Shown here: in pieces, positions 27,201 through 39,578 of the stretch
Layout of the letters: the number at the start of each line of letters is the position of its first letter
Position numbering within the stretch: position 1 is the stretch's first letter
From: Styela clava
Taxonomy: Eukaryota
Length of the DNA stretch: 64,000 nt
NCBI RefSeq assembly: GCF_964204865.1
Contig: NC_135263.1
Span: forward strand, 6,448,001-6,512,000
Reading direction: 5' to 3'
The notes under the pieces: model-generated
Databases searched by the model: none
The model's input: only the letters and a program-made list of their open reading frames with translations
Told to the model about the DNA's origin: nothing
Program-made: the position numbers and the translations under genes

Positions 27201-30200
27201 TATTACGAAAGTACCAAAAGTAGTACCTGATAACAAAATATCTCATGTTTGAATGAACAAACTAGATAGCAATGCTCAAATATATGGGCACAAAAGTCAT
27301 ATAACTTGAAGAGTAGAGAAGGTCCATTGGTAAAGGGAAATTTTTTTTTCTCCTTACAACAATAACAATGTCAACAATATAGCAATATGGGAACTTCATG
27401 ACCAATAAAATGGTAAGAAGCAAAGATTAGCCAAAGTTGAGTAACAAGCGCTCATTATTAAATAGGTCTGATTTGTTTTATAAATCATATTGTATTCTAA
27501 TTATCTTAATAAATTCCTGATAAAATAGAAAAGTGTAATAATATTTTTTTTTTAAATGTTAACGAAGAAACAGTATTTATTGAAGTATTTTTTTGGAAGA
27601 GCATTTGGACATATTAATCAACTTATTTTCATTCTTGTCTATATTGGCATAGTTGAAAAAATAAGGAATGTTTTCTGTCCTTACCCAGTTGAATATCAGT
27701 CTTCAATTCTTGAAATGGAACTGCGTACGGAATTGTTGCATTCTTATCCCACACAATTAAATTTGAGTTGGACTCTTCAGTCACACTTTTAAGGCCAGTG
27801 TGTGCAAGTCCACCAATGCTTCCTATGAATTTGATCGCTCTGATTTGTATCTATAAAATGAAAAAAAAAGGTCGTAAAATAAAATATGAAACTTTAAATA
27901 TAAAATCCAACCCTGTGGTTCTCAAACTTTTATGATCCACGTCGACACTCTGCGGCCCACATAAAACAATAAAAAAAAACTAATTTTGTCAAAAAGAATC
28001 CTCTTTGCTTGTGGCCTCTAGAGAACTACCTTGTGGCATTCTAGGAAGACAGAGGGAAATTTTGATGAAAACCTGATCTGACCTTTTCAAGAGCTGAAAC
28101 ATCAGATTTCAATGGTAAATTTGAAATCTTTGATTTTCCACTTTTTTTCAAATTGACGGAAGACACATCTGAAAGACCTAAAAGATAAAAATATCGAGTT
28201 TGATAAATCGTATTGAGATATCTATGGTTATTTCACCTGGTATACCTGAACAATTGTGATCTATTATTAATTAGGAATAGGTAAAGAGATCAAAGACAAC
28301 AAGACAGGGCATCTACAACATGAACATTTAATGGCGCAGTAGCACAACAACTTCAACATTCGCCACATTCAAATATATATCCTTTTTGTCAGACAATCAG
28401 AGCATAACAGTAAAGTAACTCATTTGCACTCAACTAAAATAAACAGCTTAATAATTCTCCTTGGGTAGGATGGGAATTTCTTATTTATACTGGAGGAAAG
28501 GAGCGTTGATAGAACGCACCGCAGCCTCTCGTCTGGTTACCAGTCCATGTGGGGTATGGCATAGATAGCATAGAAAGTCGTAAGCGCACAAACGGTAATC
28601 AGAGGGGTGATGCCAAGCATGTTCTACAGCTCAGCACAATGTAACAACTGCCGAGCCAATGGTCTTACGTTTGAGTTGCCAGAAATTAGCAATACCTCGA
28701 AACAAAATAATACAATAATAAAAAATAATTCCTCACTTTGTTTTGCCATTGGATGAAGAAAAGGTTCAATATCTGGCAACACTGGAGATATTTTATTGAC
28801 CAGTTCATCAGATAATTGTTTTTTCCACTTTTCCATTGCATTTAGACCAGCTTCAGCAAGTTGTGTGTAACTCAAACCAAGACGAAAAGTGATCTGTCAT
28901 TATGAAAGATTCTCTTTTAAAAATATTCACTCCCTATACATCAGTAGCTGCTTGTGCATGAACTTGTTCAAAGCAAAGTGAATAAGCGTCATATATAAAA
29001 GTGACAATTTCAAAGTTCATAAGTTTCAAAAAGATAATTATTGTTTTGGCTAATTTCCAATTTTACGTGCAATTAACTGAGTTTTAATCATTTTGAACAA
29101 ATTTTTTGCCCAAATTGATAAATTTAAATGAATAACATACTAAATTATTCCAAAATAAAGAATTCATTATATTTTATAAAATACTTTCAAATATAATTGA
29201 GTAGCCTAATGTACTTGATTTGGTGAACAAATGTAGATAATTAGATACTGCTAAGAATATCACCTGTAACGGAAGTACTATTTCATCCAACATATAAACA
29301 ACAATTTCCGATGGAAGAGAAAGTATAAAAAGCAGACATGAAGCTAGTAAATCATCCTTCCATTGTAACAATCGAGAAATTATCTGAAAAACAAAAAGTT
29401 TTCTTTATGCGACACGTCATACAAGACTCAACATATGCCATTGCCAAAATGTACATCAGGGCTTGTTACAAAAATGTAGTTAATTAAAATCATGGGATCT
29501 TATCTGAAAGTAGTGTGCAAAAAAGGGTTTGCATCCACAGGGGATAATCATGTACGAAAACATTGCTGGACTAGCCAACATGGACTAGTGACATGACAAG
29601 AGGCTGTAATTTGCCATAAAATTCGTCGTCACTTCAGATTTCCTTTCTCAGGATGGATATAAAAATCCTATCCCATCTCCGCAAAAGGAGAAAGTGAAAA
29701 AAACTCTAACCTCCAAAACAAACTTTTTTATTAAAATTTGATTTTGATTTCTCTCGGAATTTAGGTCGTTTTCACCATCAACATCCATAGCATCCACATT
29801 CACTGAGGTATCGACAGATGATTTGAAATAACCCAGTGATTCACAAATGTCCATGACTATAGCAAGCAACTTATAAAAGCCACTGACGATTGGATACCTG
29901 AAAAGAAGTTTCAAGTATAGTTTCAACTCTCATAAGTGTGAAAAAGGCGTCGTATTTAAAAAGGTACAATCATAAAGAGATCCTGATCAAGCAAACACAT
30001 AGACACCATATATATAAAGGTACACTCTTAATAAGACCATAGGCAAGCAACCACGTTGATGGACAGACACATTGTACTTATATGTACAGGACAGAGAAGT
30101 ATATCTGCCTGAGGGGTAATTGAAAAAAAACTAATAGTATTGAGCATTCAAATTCCAACCAATAGTAGCCATGATTATTATATATATACCTCGTGGAATG

Positions 30201-33200
30201 TTTTATTAGTTCTTTTATAAGTTCGCTGACACGAGATAAAAAAACATGCTGAGTGATTTCCTTGCCATCATCAGACATTGTAACAGTTGGAAGCAATTCT
30301 CTGCACAGATCAGTCAAATTCACAAAAACTTGGAAATCAACGACGTTTTCCGCAGAAGCATTCTCTACAACTTGGTTTGCTGAAATTTGAGCTTGTAAAT
30401 CATCCTAAAGGAAAAAAATTGCAGAAAAATTATAAAATAGCATCTTGATTTATAGATGGTAAGGCAGTGATTAATATAATTAACTGTAGGTGTTTCTGAG
30501 CATCAACTTCCTTATTTACTTCCGCAACATTGGCCAAGATATCAAGACAATTGAAATTTTAGCCGCCGCTAAGACACTATTTTTCACATTTTTGAGTGAT
30601 TGTGCATGACTTGGCCTTGACTAAATTCCTATTTAAAAAGCAGCTCATATGTTCGATTCCCATAACATAAAGAGGTATAGCATATTTGATCCAAGATAAA
30701 CTCGTAATGTTTTAACAATTTTACATAGATCCCATCTAATTAAACAAAAGGTTTTCGATTGCTGAGAGGGAAGCAAATGCGAGCCTTGAGTTGGGCATAA
30801 ACAAAAAATGAACCGCAACAAAGCAAGTTTTGTAAAGGTTATGCATTTTGCAACTCACCATTGATGTTTTCGGTGTCAAATTCAGTTTTGAGAATATAGT
30901 GATAATAGACGAGATGATTTCATTATAAACCAACTCTTGAACTGTTCTTCGTTTTGATCGATTTTCAACAGTGGATAAAGAAGCCTAAAAATATAGTCCA
31001 AAAACAATTGTGTTGGTATATTGTTTTAACATTGTATATTGTGAAACATCAATGTAAGAATTTACAGCGTTGGCGGTGGGGCGCGCTGCTTTTTAAGAGG
31101 CCGCGGAGCTAATTAAAAATAAAAATATTAGTTAGATTTGATCTTGCTTGCCTTATTTTCTATACAGTATTTACATTTCTTTATTATGTAGTCCTATACA
31201 TATTTTTACCGTGTTTTTTGAATAAGACATTAGCAAATTCTAAAAAGGGGTGTGGCTAAAAAAGTTTGATAAACACTGATTTACAGTATTAGTTTTATTT
31301 AATTGAAAAGGAAATTTATGTCATGTGACTTGAAATTAGTTGAGAATCTAGTATTACATCACAATGACTGTATTTTTTTTTTATAAGTTGGGAAAAATAT
31401 TTGAATAGCGAATCAAATATGAAATATTCAAATTGATTCAACTATTTGAATATAAGGTAACACATGAACTGCGCCACTTTACTTTAATGCGGCACTCACT
31501 GACGTCAGATAACTGTGAGAATTCCTAAAAACATTTTCCGCATTATGAATCCAAATCTTGCAACATTTTTCTATAAAAATGTATATTTCTTACCAGGATG
31601 TCTCCTTGTCGAAGACATATCAACCCTTTCCACAAATTGAGATAATCACGATAAGATAATGATCTTCTATCAGTAATAATATCTTGAACGTTATCTTGAT
31701 TCAATGAAATAGTATTGGAATCATCACGATCATCTCCCAAAACAACTTGATGACAACAACATCTGATTAATCCTTGGTATACTGAAATATAATAGGTATA
31801 TTGAAGTATGGAAAATATGATAACATACTAATGTTATTTGTACACTAAATAAGGATAGAACTTCATATATGACAATAATATTCTTAATCAACTATAGAAA
31901 AAATTAAGTCTGTTTACTTGTAAAAAAATATAAAAAAGATAATAAAATAGGCTACCTATTTTTGATACAAATCGAGACTGAGCATCTGGACAAGTCGAGA
32001 AGGCAGACATCAAAGCTAACAGAGATGCACAACATGATTTTGAAAACTTTTTATTCAGACGAGGATATTCACTGATCATCAATATGCAAAGATGGGATAA
32101 TGACCTGGAGAAAAAAAAAAAAAAAAAAATTTGCACCTATGCAACCAAAAAGTATCTTGACCTTGAGAGACAACTTGTTACTGAAGTTTGAACACAGAGT
32201 TAAGGCTAAATAAGTAAACACATATACATTGTTACTACTCCGATCACCTAAAGATCAAATCTAAGGTAACCTGCAATGTTAGAATAAAAATGACAATGAC
32301 AAATATGTCGGAATCCATTTTCCAAAATGCAAACAAATTATGTACCCCGCGAGGCCTAAATGATATGGAAAAACTAGAATTTCTTTGGGAGCTGAAAAGT
32401 AGAAACTTATCATATTGCAGCATATATATATGTATTGAGTACATAACCCAAGATCTTTGGGCTGGCCAGAATAAATATTTTACTATTCTGAAATATTTCA
32501 GAAAACTGAATATGGTATAAACTAAAACAGGCCATTTTCAATCCAGAAAATTTTTCTGAAATCATTATAAATTGGTAGAAATTTAATTTAATAATGCAGA
32601 AAAGTCAATAAGGTGAACATTGTTTTGATTGGATTACCCACTTTTCAGATTATCATACGTAAATTGGAATCCTTTTTTTTGTCTGACCATCCGTTGTGAA
32701 ACGCTTACAATAAAATATTTCAAAATGAATTTATTCTTAAATATTCCAAAATGTACATTATATAATAATTTGAAGAAGGTTAAAAGTATTTATATGAAGT
32801 GAGATTCATACAATTAGGACAAATGTGGGACAAGTGAGACTTAATATTTTTGAGACACCCAAACAGTTGTGAATATATTCAAACATTCTATTTGTTTTGA
32901 ACATCAAGGCATTTATAAATTGGAACTAAAACCACATGAAATCTTCAACATACCTCTCACACGATTCCGAAATTATGAAGTTAGTATTCTGACTTGGATT
33001 TTCAGAATTTGCAGTTGCTTCATTGTTCAACTCTCGTACAATATTTGCTAATGACTGTAAAAAACCTGGCAACTGATGCAATTGATTGTCGTCAATTTCT
33101 GTTTGTCTGTAATATAGGGACTGATTATTATTAGGTTAGGACAATTGTCCAATACAGTGTAATGATAAATAGGATAAATTATGATTCTATATTCTGAAGC

Positions 33201-36200
33201 CAAGGACAGAAACGACAGATTAAAATACTAGTGCCTTCGAAATCAGACAGAGCTGTGAAAAATCAGAAATAGTCGGTCTGACATCGGATTGAAAAAAAAG
33301 CGGACTCCGACACCAGATTGTAAACAAATTTGACTCAAATATCAGCCCTAACCGCGATAGAATCAAATTTTGATTTTAATGCTTCTTTAATAGAATAAAA
33401 TGATGACATTAAAACCTAATGCTTTTAGAGTTTTCTAAGAGTTCCAATATCAATTTATTAAAACTGAAATTTTGCAATTCATACTCGGGTGGAAATACAA
33501 AATTTCTTTGACGGATTTATTTTTTCTTTGAAATTCCTTATCACCTACCTGAGAGCATCTGCTTCTCCGAGATAAATTCGTTCACATCTTCCGATCATCA
33601 TTGTAAACATCTTAGCAACATCACCAGGCGGCATATACTCCTTACATAAGCCAGCAAATAAGCCATAACCTTGTATTGCAAGAGATATCATTTTACTACT
33701 TGCATTAGGAATATCAATCATCTCTTGGAACTTGTTTATAAAATACTGAAAGAAAACAAGAGAACAATGCTGAAAGCTATGGATGGATGGAAATCAAATG
33801 ACTAACACGAATGTACCAGTTGAATGTTACAATGATTCCTCCAGATGTCATAAAAAGGTGTTCCCATTAATAATAAATAACGGCAAAATTTGCAATGAAA
33901 TACAGGACCCTGCAGGACTCAAACAAATTCAAGGGCTTCCAAGCCAAGAAAATATCTTTCAAATTTGTGTAACTAATTATGTTATAATTATAGATATTAT
34001 GAAAGTGACAAGTTATGAATTATAGGTATAAAGAACCATATAATATTGATTTTCGAAACTTACGATGAATAATCTTTTTGCCTGTTCTGCGTTTAGACCA
34101 TCTGTAACATTTTGTATAATCTGCAAAACCAATATTGATTATTACAATATCTTTCCTGGTTATAAGAAATTGAAATTCGATAAAAAAGCTCGTTTAACTT
34201 TTACATCACTCTCCATAAAAAGAAAAAAATTGGGTTGTTAAAGGACATGTTATAATGTTTTTCCTAATTTTCCAGTTTTATAATATAACAAGCATGGCCC
34301 GGGCAACATTTACTTTTAAGGCTACCTCTAGTTAATATTGTCCAGAGGAAATTCAAAGAAACTCAGCAATTGACAGTTTTTAGATTTTCATATTCATCCC
34401 GGGAAGGAAAAGCTGAAAAGACAGCTTAATCACATGGCGGACAACAGCCTCTCGTACGATTACCAGTCCATGTCAGGTGTGGGATTATTTGGCCAGTTAC
34501 CTGTATCAGTTGCATGGACTTGATGGCGGAGGAAGCCATAATCGACCAGCAGTTATGTGAACCACCCTCTGGCGTCCAGTAAGTAAGAGTCCAGTAATCC
34601 AGCAACAAATAAAAGTGATGATTAATTTTTCCAACAATCTCACCTGCTGCAGGAATGATGTGATGGCTAATTGAGCTTCATGTTTGACTTGATTGTTGTT
34701 ATGAGTAAACCACTTTTGTAATGCAGTGTATATGACATCATAATTATCAGTGAGAAGATGACCAAACTGGGATGCATGCTTCTGTAATACTTGAAGTCCA
34801 GCTGGAAACAAGAAAATAACAAAATTAGAACCAAACAGAAAATTAATGGAAAAAAGTTATTACAAAAAATGCATTTTTACCCAAAGGAACAGCATATCTG
34901 CTAAGATCAGTTTTTGGTTGAATGCTCATTAATGTAAATTTGTATATTTCCTTGCATACATCTGCATCTTCATCAATTGATTTAGTGAAATTTATCATCA
35001 AACATGACAATCCTTTCAATGAACCCTCAATTATTTTGAAATCTGATGATCGTGTGGACAGCATCTGTTGAGTTGGGTTGATACAATTAAAACAAATAAA
35101 TTAACTGAAAGATTGAAAGATATTCATATTTCGAATTCCAACAAGTGAATACGTCAAGATAGATTGATTTCTGGGCATGTGTTTTTTTTTTTTTTATGCG
35201 ACGCTTATTCACGCCTATCACTTTCAACAAACAGCCTAACTGTCGGCCAAAAAATCACTTTGTTAGCAAATCATGGTCATGGACCAACCAATCAATTTTT
35301 AATTTTTAGTATGTTACACAGAAGGAGCTTATATTTTTATTTTTTCATATAAAGATAAATAGTAGTTAAACCTCTTTTTTCAGTTCTCGTAAATAAAGAT
35401 CAAATAATCTTCCACTGTGATTCATCATCTGTCCAGGAAAATATTGTGCAAGAACACCCAGCAGATGATAACAATTACCTTTCACTGTAACATGAACAAC
35501 CTTTATTTGTTGTTTTGGGAAGAAGGTAATACTTTGCATTTGATGTTGTTTCACTAATATTGTATGGTTATTTAGTATTATTATGTTACACATAATTATG
35601 GACACATTAGAAAATATTCAAACTCCGGAAAAGAGTGAAACTTGCGGGTAATAGAAAGCACCCATTGAAGATTGAAAAGACAGCGGAAACAGAGTTACTG
35701 AGAGTGGAATGAAGAGTCCCAAAATAAGCAAAGGGAATAATATATTGAAAAAGGTTTAAAACCATTTTTCCTAAGGTTCTTTACTTTGTTTCGGTATTTT
35801 TGATAAATTTTACCTGTAGAAGTTGTGCCCGATCTCTTAGCCAGTTCTTCATTGCATACTTTCCGGACATTATCGACCCGAATGGCTTTCGCTTGTGGAG
35901 CATCGTGATGAAGATCAATCAACTAAGGAAAAAAAAAATTAACTATTGCTAAATAGTTTTATGAGTTAATTCTAGAATTGGACTGCAATTCTTTTGATAA
36001 TGCAATGGACGTTTCCCGATCATCAACTTCCTTGTGTAAAATTGGATTGTTTCTATAATTTAGGTTTAAATCAAATAACTCAATGATTATTTTGTCTTCT
36101 GACGAGTTTTAGTTCATTTGCTGAAATAAAAAATTAGTCCTGCGGTAGCCTTGGATAAAATTAGTTATCAGTTCTTTTGAATGACATATGATTAAAAAAG

Positions 36201-37501
36201 GGGTTGTGGAGTCTGGGATAATTTCTAATCAACTTAATTATAAATTGGAGATCTCTGCATACAATGATTAGAATTGTTAACTAAGTTTGAAAAAGGCAAA
36301 ATTGTTTAGCCAACTGGGACAACCATTCTGCAGAATGATGATATGTCATACCTTGATTATGATACATAAAGCCTTTTCTTTATTTGAAGATAATTTTCCA
36401 GCTTGAATAACACTCAAGCAAATACTGGTAATGTCTTCAATTAAGGGATGTAATTCATCACCCACAAATGGCACAAGTTCTTGTATGAAAACCAAACATT
36501 TCTCTTTGCATTTTCCGAACTGTTGAATAAACAAAATCAATTGGCGACAAAAGCTATATGCAATACTAAACTAAACACTGAAAACAGAATAAATTTTCAC
36601 TAAAAAGTTCACAACTACACTACACAGTTTGCACTACACTTGCAATACTTACGTTTATAAAATAACTAAATTGATAAATGCTTGAATTTAAGATATAAAA
36701 TTGTTCTGAAATAATGTTGTCCAGACAACTTAGTAACCATTGCCTCCATCGAAGAATTAAAACAGTTGGTAACATAGCTCCAAATCCCTGCAGGTTGTAA
36801 TTATGTGCGAGAGAATTGTTGAACCCCTCACCACCGTATCAAGGTCACGTAACCACTGGCTGGTTAGAGCTTTCTTCACTATCAAGTCTAAGCATCTGAA
36901 ATGAAAACTGGTTAACTATGGATGGAACACAACATGTATGAGGGGCCACGATTAATAGCTATATATGATTAAATCGTTTCATCAACTTTCCTCACTTGTT
37001 GTATAAATATGAAATTCTTATCTTACTACAAAAATATTCAAGTCATACCACTGGTAAATGATTGATTTTCTTGATGAAATTTAGCAAACTCTTCGAGCCT
37101 TTAAAAATCAATGAGCAAAACAAACCTGAAAAATACAATGAATAATCATGTTCCATTCGACCAGAAAGGCTTAACAGATTAGTGATGGTCTGTTTTTCTA
37201 TGGAGTACTGATATGAAATATAGTATGTCAAAACTTCCAGTGCCAGAATATCCTTTATTGTGATTAGACCTCAGCATAATAAAAGATTATTTCAAGATGA
37301 TTCTCAGTTGCGAAGGAAATGCAATGGTACCAAGGTAGGCTTTACATTACTTACATGTACAAACTTACCAATTTTTGAAGAAGATGACGATGTAAAGCAG
37401 GCAGATCTCAGGTCATTGATGAAATAATTTGCCTCAACAACACGATTATCCTGTATGGTAGTTTGTAAATCTTCAAGAGTTCTTCTAAGTAAATCAGCCA
37501 T
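146..37501 (-). CDS. PRKDC: DNA-dependent protein kinase catalytic subunit, multi-exon, 3'-partial (N-terminal and middle HEAT regions to start of FAT; kinase lies beyond the left edge)
   Basis: Many minus-strand exon translations match DNA-PKcs motifs in collinear order: [77 protein letters not shown]...[81 protein letters not shown]. The exons I checked are bounded by GT-AG with consistent phases. First coding exon [13 protein letters not shown] (ATG 37501-37499). Confidence 0.96.
468..895. mobile_element. Probable old hAT-like MITE (TAGGGATG termini)
   Basis: tagggatgtt...aacatctcta termini with gaata/tattc subterminal motifs like the 7592 element; TSD poor (5/8). Confidence 0.45.
2219..2429 (-). 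CDS. PRKDC: PRKDC exon with the [11 protein letters not shown] signature
   Basis: Near-invariant DNA-PKcs motif LYRxYRxGxLPDIQI followed by SLIAPL. Confidence 0.93.
3659..3812 (+). mobile_element. tRNA-derived SINE family 2 copy, decayed
   Basis: tggcctagtg...caggttcaaatcccat...ccaaggatgtaa...atatcagtggatg. Confidence 0.65.
3902..4079 (-). CDS. PRKDC: PRKDC exon carrying the ABCDE autophosphorylation-cluster region
   Basis: [22 protein letters not shown]...[15 protein letters not shown] aligns to human PMFVETQ...IRATQ; phase-1 join to MTGKNTYDW (exon starting 3612). Confidence 0.88.
6601..6645 (+). ncRNA. Putative minimal type I hammerhead ribozyme (Penelope-like element relic) in the loop of the 6555-6689 inverted repeat
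   Basis: ugu-CUGAGGA-a-guc(u)gac-cuug-guu-gac-GAAA-CGUU-aca: both core boxes, a helix II hairpin, a palindromic ACGU helix III and a 3-bp helix I. Confidence 0.55.
7195..7390. repeat. GAGTC/GACTC-rich dispersed repeat
   Basis: cccagagtcaagtt.agtca...gagtcaatca.tggg is shared with ~355-420 and ~40465-40565; further relics near 59680-59760 and 63150-63310. Confidence 0.6.
7683..8335. repeat. Tandem array of three ~210-225 bp units inside the hAT element
   Basis: Recurring blocks tttcgggtttctaa, aagaacccgtaaaatcgg, tcaatcggc.tattctggaca and gttattgcaccatttt; units start near 7683, 7908 and 8116. Confidence 0.92.
9399..9470. repeat. 72-bp spacerless palindrome (36-bp arms, 1 mismatch)
   Basis: ttcggtatcctggattcgatttaactattctagaat|attctagaatagttaaatcgaatccagaataccgaa. 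Confidence 0.95.
12200..12460 (-). mobile_element. SINE family 1 copy, decayed
   Basis: ttaccagtccatgtcggg and ggaatgccgataagac match the reverse complement of the SINE body and tail. Confidence 0.7.
14308..14624 (+). mobile_element. hAT-type MITE (CAGTGGTT TIR family)
   Basis: TIR cagtggttctcgaac / gtttgagaatcactg; TSD aagtaaag / aagtagag; body similar to 21067-21351. Confidence 0.88.
15113..15222. mobile_element. Short hairpin variant of the GGTACTCC MITE family
   Basis: gaagtatgcgcaccaagatg / catcttggtgcgcatacttc arms; related copies at ~20537-20640 and 1-70. Confidence 0.8.
15427..15668. mobile_element. Palindromic MITE, same subfamily as 52744-52977
   Basis: caagatggcggacaccggaacgtagtatgtgtaccaggttagg arm and its inverse at 15595-15640. 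Confidence 0.85.
16426..16643 (-). mobile_element. GGTACTCC-family MITE, asymmetric subfamily, reverse orientation
   Basis: Reverse complement of the 63313 copy (ggggactgtttgtgttagccaa, aaaattagttacctccatatt). Confidence 0.8.
21067..21351 (+). mobile_element. hAT-type MITE, same family as 14308-14624
   Basis: Shared internal tagctaacaataagctacaaataacag; TIR cagtggtt...ccactg; TSD ttctagac / ttctacac. Confidence 0.88.
24986..25208 (-). CDS. PRKDC: PRKDC internal exon ([19 protein letters not shown]...LYRVFR)
   Basis: Matches the DNA-PKcs EFLKWSIKQ / HPxAFKRLG region; GT-AG bounded. Confidence 0.9.
25565..25814 (+). mobile_element. Solo LTR (250 bp)
   Basis: TGTTA...TAACA termini, perfect 5-bp TSD GAGGT on both sides, ATTAAA ~30 nt before the 3' end; interrupts a SINE copy. 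Confidence 0.85.
26721..26934 (-). CDS. PRKDC: PRKDC internal exon (LLPRVADLA...KLACDVEQ)
   Basis: Conserved DNA-PKcs segment [12 protein letters not shown] / LACDV; AG acceptor and CAG|GT donor. Confidence 0.9.
27001..27215 (+). mobile_element. GGTACTCC-family MITE, asymmetric subfamily
   Basis: Collinear with 63313-63508. Confidence 0.85.
31068..31278 (-). mobile_element. Degenerate hAT-type MITE, same family, reverse orientation
   Basis: Right end aaagtttgataaacactg; flanking atttacag direct repeats; internal similarity to the reverse complement of the 14308 copy. Confidence 0.6.
34390..34605 (-). mobile_element. SINE family 1 copy, 5'-truncated
   Basis: ttaccagtccatgtcagg...gcatggacttgatggcggaggaagcc...agtccagtaatcc. 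Confidence 0.78.
36780..36970 (+). mobile_element. SINE family 1 copy, decayed
   Basis: ttatgtgcgagagaattgttgaaccc...caagtctaagcatctgaaa. Confidence 0.7.
37369..37501 (-). CDS. PRKDC: PRKDC first coding exon ([13 protein letters not shown]...SSKI)
   Basis: ATG in gaaaATGG context; G|GTAAGT donor at 37368; phase 1 joins in frame to exon 37049-37125 ([10 protein letters not shown]), then exon 36352-36519 ([15 protein letters not shown]). Confidence 0.8.
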
Positions 37502-39578
37502 TTTCACTAATTTTCCATTTGAAGAAACTATATTAAAGATTCAACCTACTTCTTCCATATCCATCATTATCGCTATGTTAACTTGAAATGAGAAATTGAA
37601 AATTGTTATACTCAATTTTTCATTTGGCTTTATTCACAAACTAATCACATTTTATGGGTGAGATGCAGGAAATATACCAGAAAAAGTCTACAAAATCTTC
37701 AATTCTGTAATTGATCGATTGTCAGATTCAGAATCTTGATGTTTTCATAACAAAAACTCTTCACCGCTCAAGACCTTAGACTAATATGACAGTACAGCAG
37801 TATGAGGTTGGATCAAAAGTCAAGTCTTGAAGTCCAGATAGTTATGCCCAAAACTGGGAAGGACTTGTACAAGTTCAGAAGTTTATATTACCGTAGATTC
37901 AGAGATTTCTTAATTCACATAATACAGCAATAACAGAACTCTGTCTCAACTGAGATAGTCTAATAGGCCTATCATAATACACAGATACAAGAATAATTAA
38001 ACTAGCGATTAACCTGCAGAATAATACGGTACACTGATACACACACAGACACAGGTCTGCTGCCTTTTGCAGTTTTGTGCTAAACTAAACCTATCAATCA
38101 ATCAATTTTAACTAAATATTCGAAATCAGTACAGCAGTAGGCTGCCGGCACCGTAGAATACGAAACCGGTATTTTAATTTCTCAGTCAAAAACAAATGTC
38201 ACCTTCTTACCTGTGCAGCACTCCTGCACTCATCTCAGCAGTCAGCACTTGTCTGTCTGCCTAGTGCCTAGCTTACATTTTTTGTATTCCGATCAATATG
38301 AGACACTTAATGCCAGTAGTGGAAGAAAAACGACCGTGCAATACCGTGAATCAACAAAAATAACAACACAAGTTTCGGTGCACCAGACGAAAAACGCTGC
38401 AATCAAGCAAGCAGTATGTTCTGCAATTTTGCTACCAGAGGCATTCAAATTTGAATTTTATAGTGGCAGTGCGTGGAGGACGAATAAAAACCCGGATCCG
38501 GTATGACAGAAAGCATGTTTTCGTATGATCAATATTTTTAACATTATGTCATTTGGGGAATGTGGTTATGGGAGTAAAAACTTACATTTTTAGCTTTGTT
38601 TGAAATTGCTTATTATTGTTGTAAAATTGAAATTGTATCGTTGGCAAAGTTTAGTTCGTGTAGGTCATCTTTCTCACTTTCGATAATATGATTAGATGTT
38701 GAATTTTTGTGAATAGCCTTTTACAAACTAGGGGGAATTGATAATTTCCCGTGTCAGTTTGATTTGAAATATTGGTATTCAAACAGTATCCAGGACAAAT
38801 TTTTCAAAATTTAATGAAGAAATAAACATTTAATTGTTATGGGGTCGATCCAGTGTGTTGTCATTTTATTGAATCCACAAAATATCTTGTTTGCAGGAGC
38901 AGCACATGGTATCACAGAAAAGAGCCTCAACTGGTCAGGTCAAGTTATAGGACAGCAAACTATTGATCAAAACTGATATCCCCATTAATATCACGCTGTT
39001 CAAATAGTTTCATCGACTTATTTATCCACTTCCTTCTACTGCATGAAATCCTCACTTTACAGTAGTATAAAACTCATTCATTCCATAAAATTTTTGTATT
39101 CCATGAATGTAATTATGAATGCAAATGTCGAAATGGGCATAGAATAAAAACACGTTTTTTAAGCACTTGGAAATGCTTAGGCGGAGTTGCTAGCATATTT
39201 AAAACAAGGATTTCTTATAAGAGACACCAAGCTATGATGAATCGTGTAAGCTCCTTCACACTGCAACTCCAAATTAAAAAACTCAATAAAACTCTGATGT
39301 TAAAAATGCACTGAGCAGAATCTGTTCTGTTGTCGCGTCAAAGCGATCTACCTGATTAAAATATATATATAGATTCATACCATACATATGTTTTAAGTTT
39401 TTCGCATGATACACGTTCCATGAATGAATCGAGTTATTTTTCTATGAATGAACCGATGAACAAGTGACATAGCAATCAAATATAAAATTATTGCACAGAT
39501 TGAAAAACTTTTCCAATGTAGTTTGCAATAAAGTTGAAACAAAATGAAAACAATTTTCATCTCACTACTCTTTTAGAT

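Noticed and set aside
38213-38506. 97-aa plus-strand ORF upstream of PRKDC as a divergent protein-coding gene
   Set aside because: GTG start, no recognisable domain and no MCM similarity; kept only as a possible non-coding transcript.
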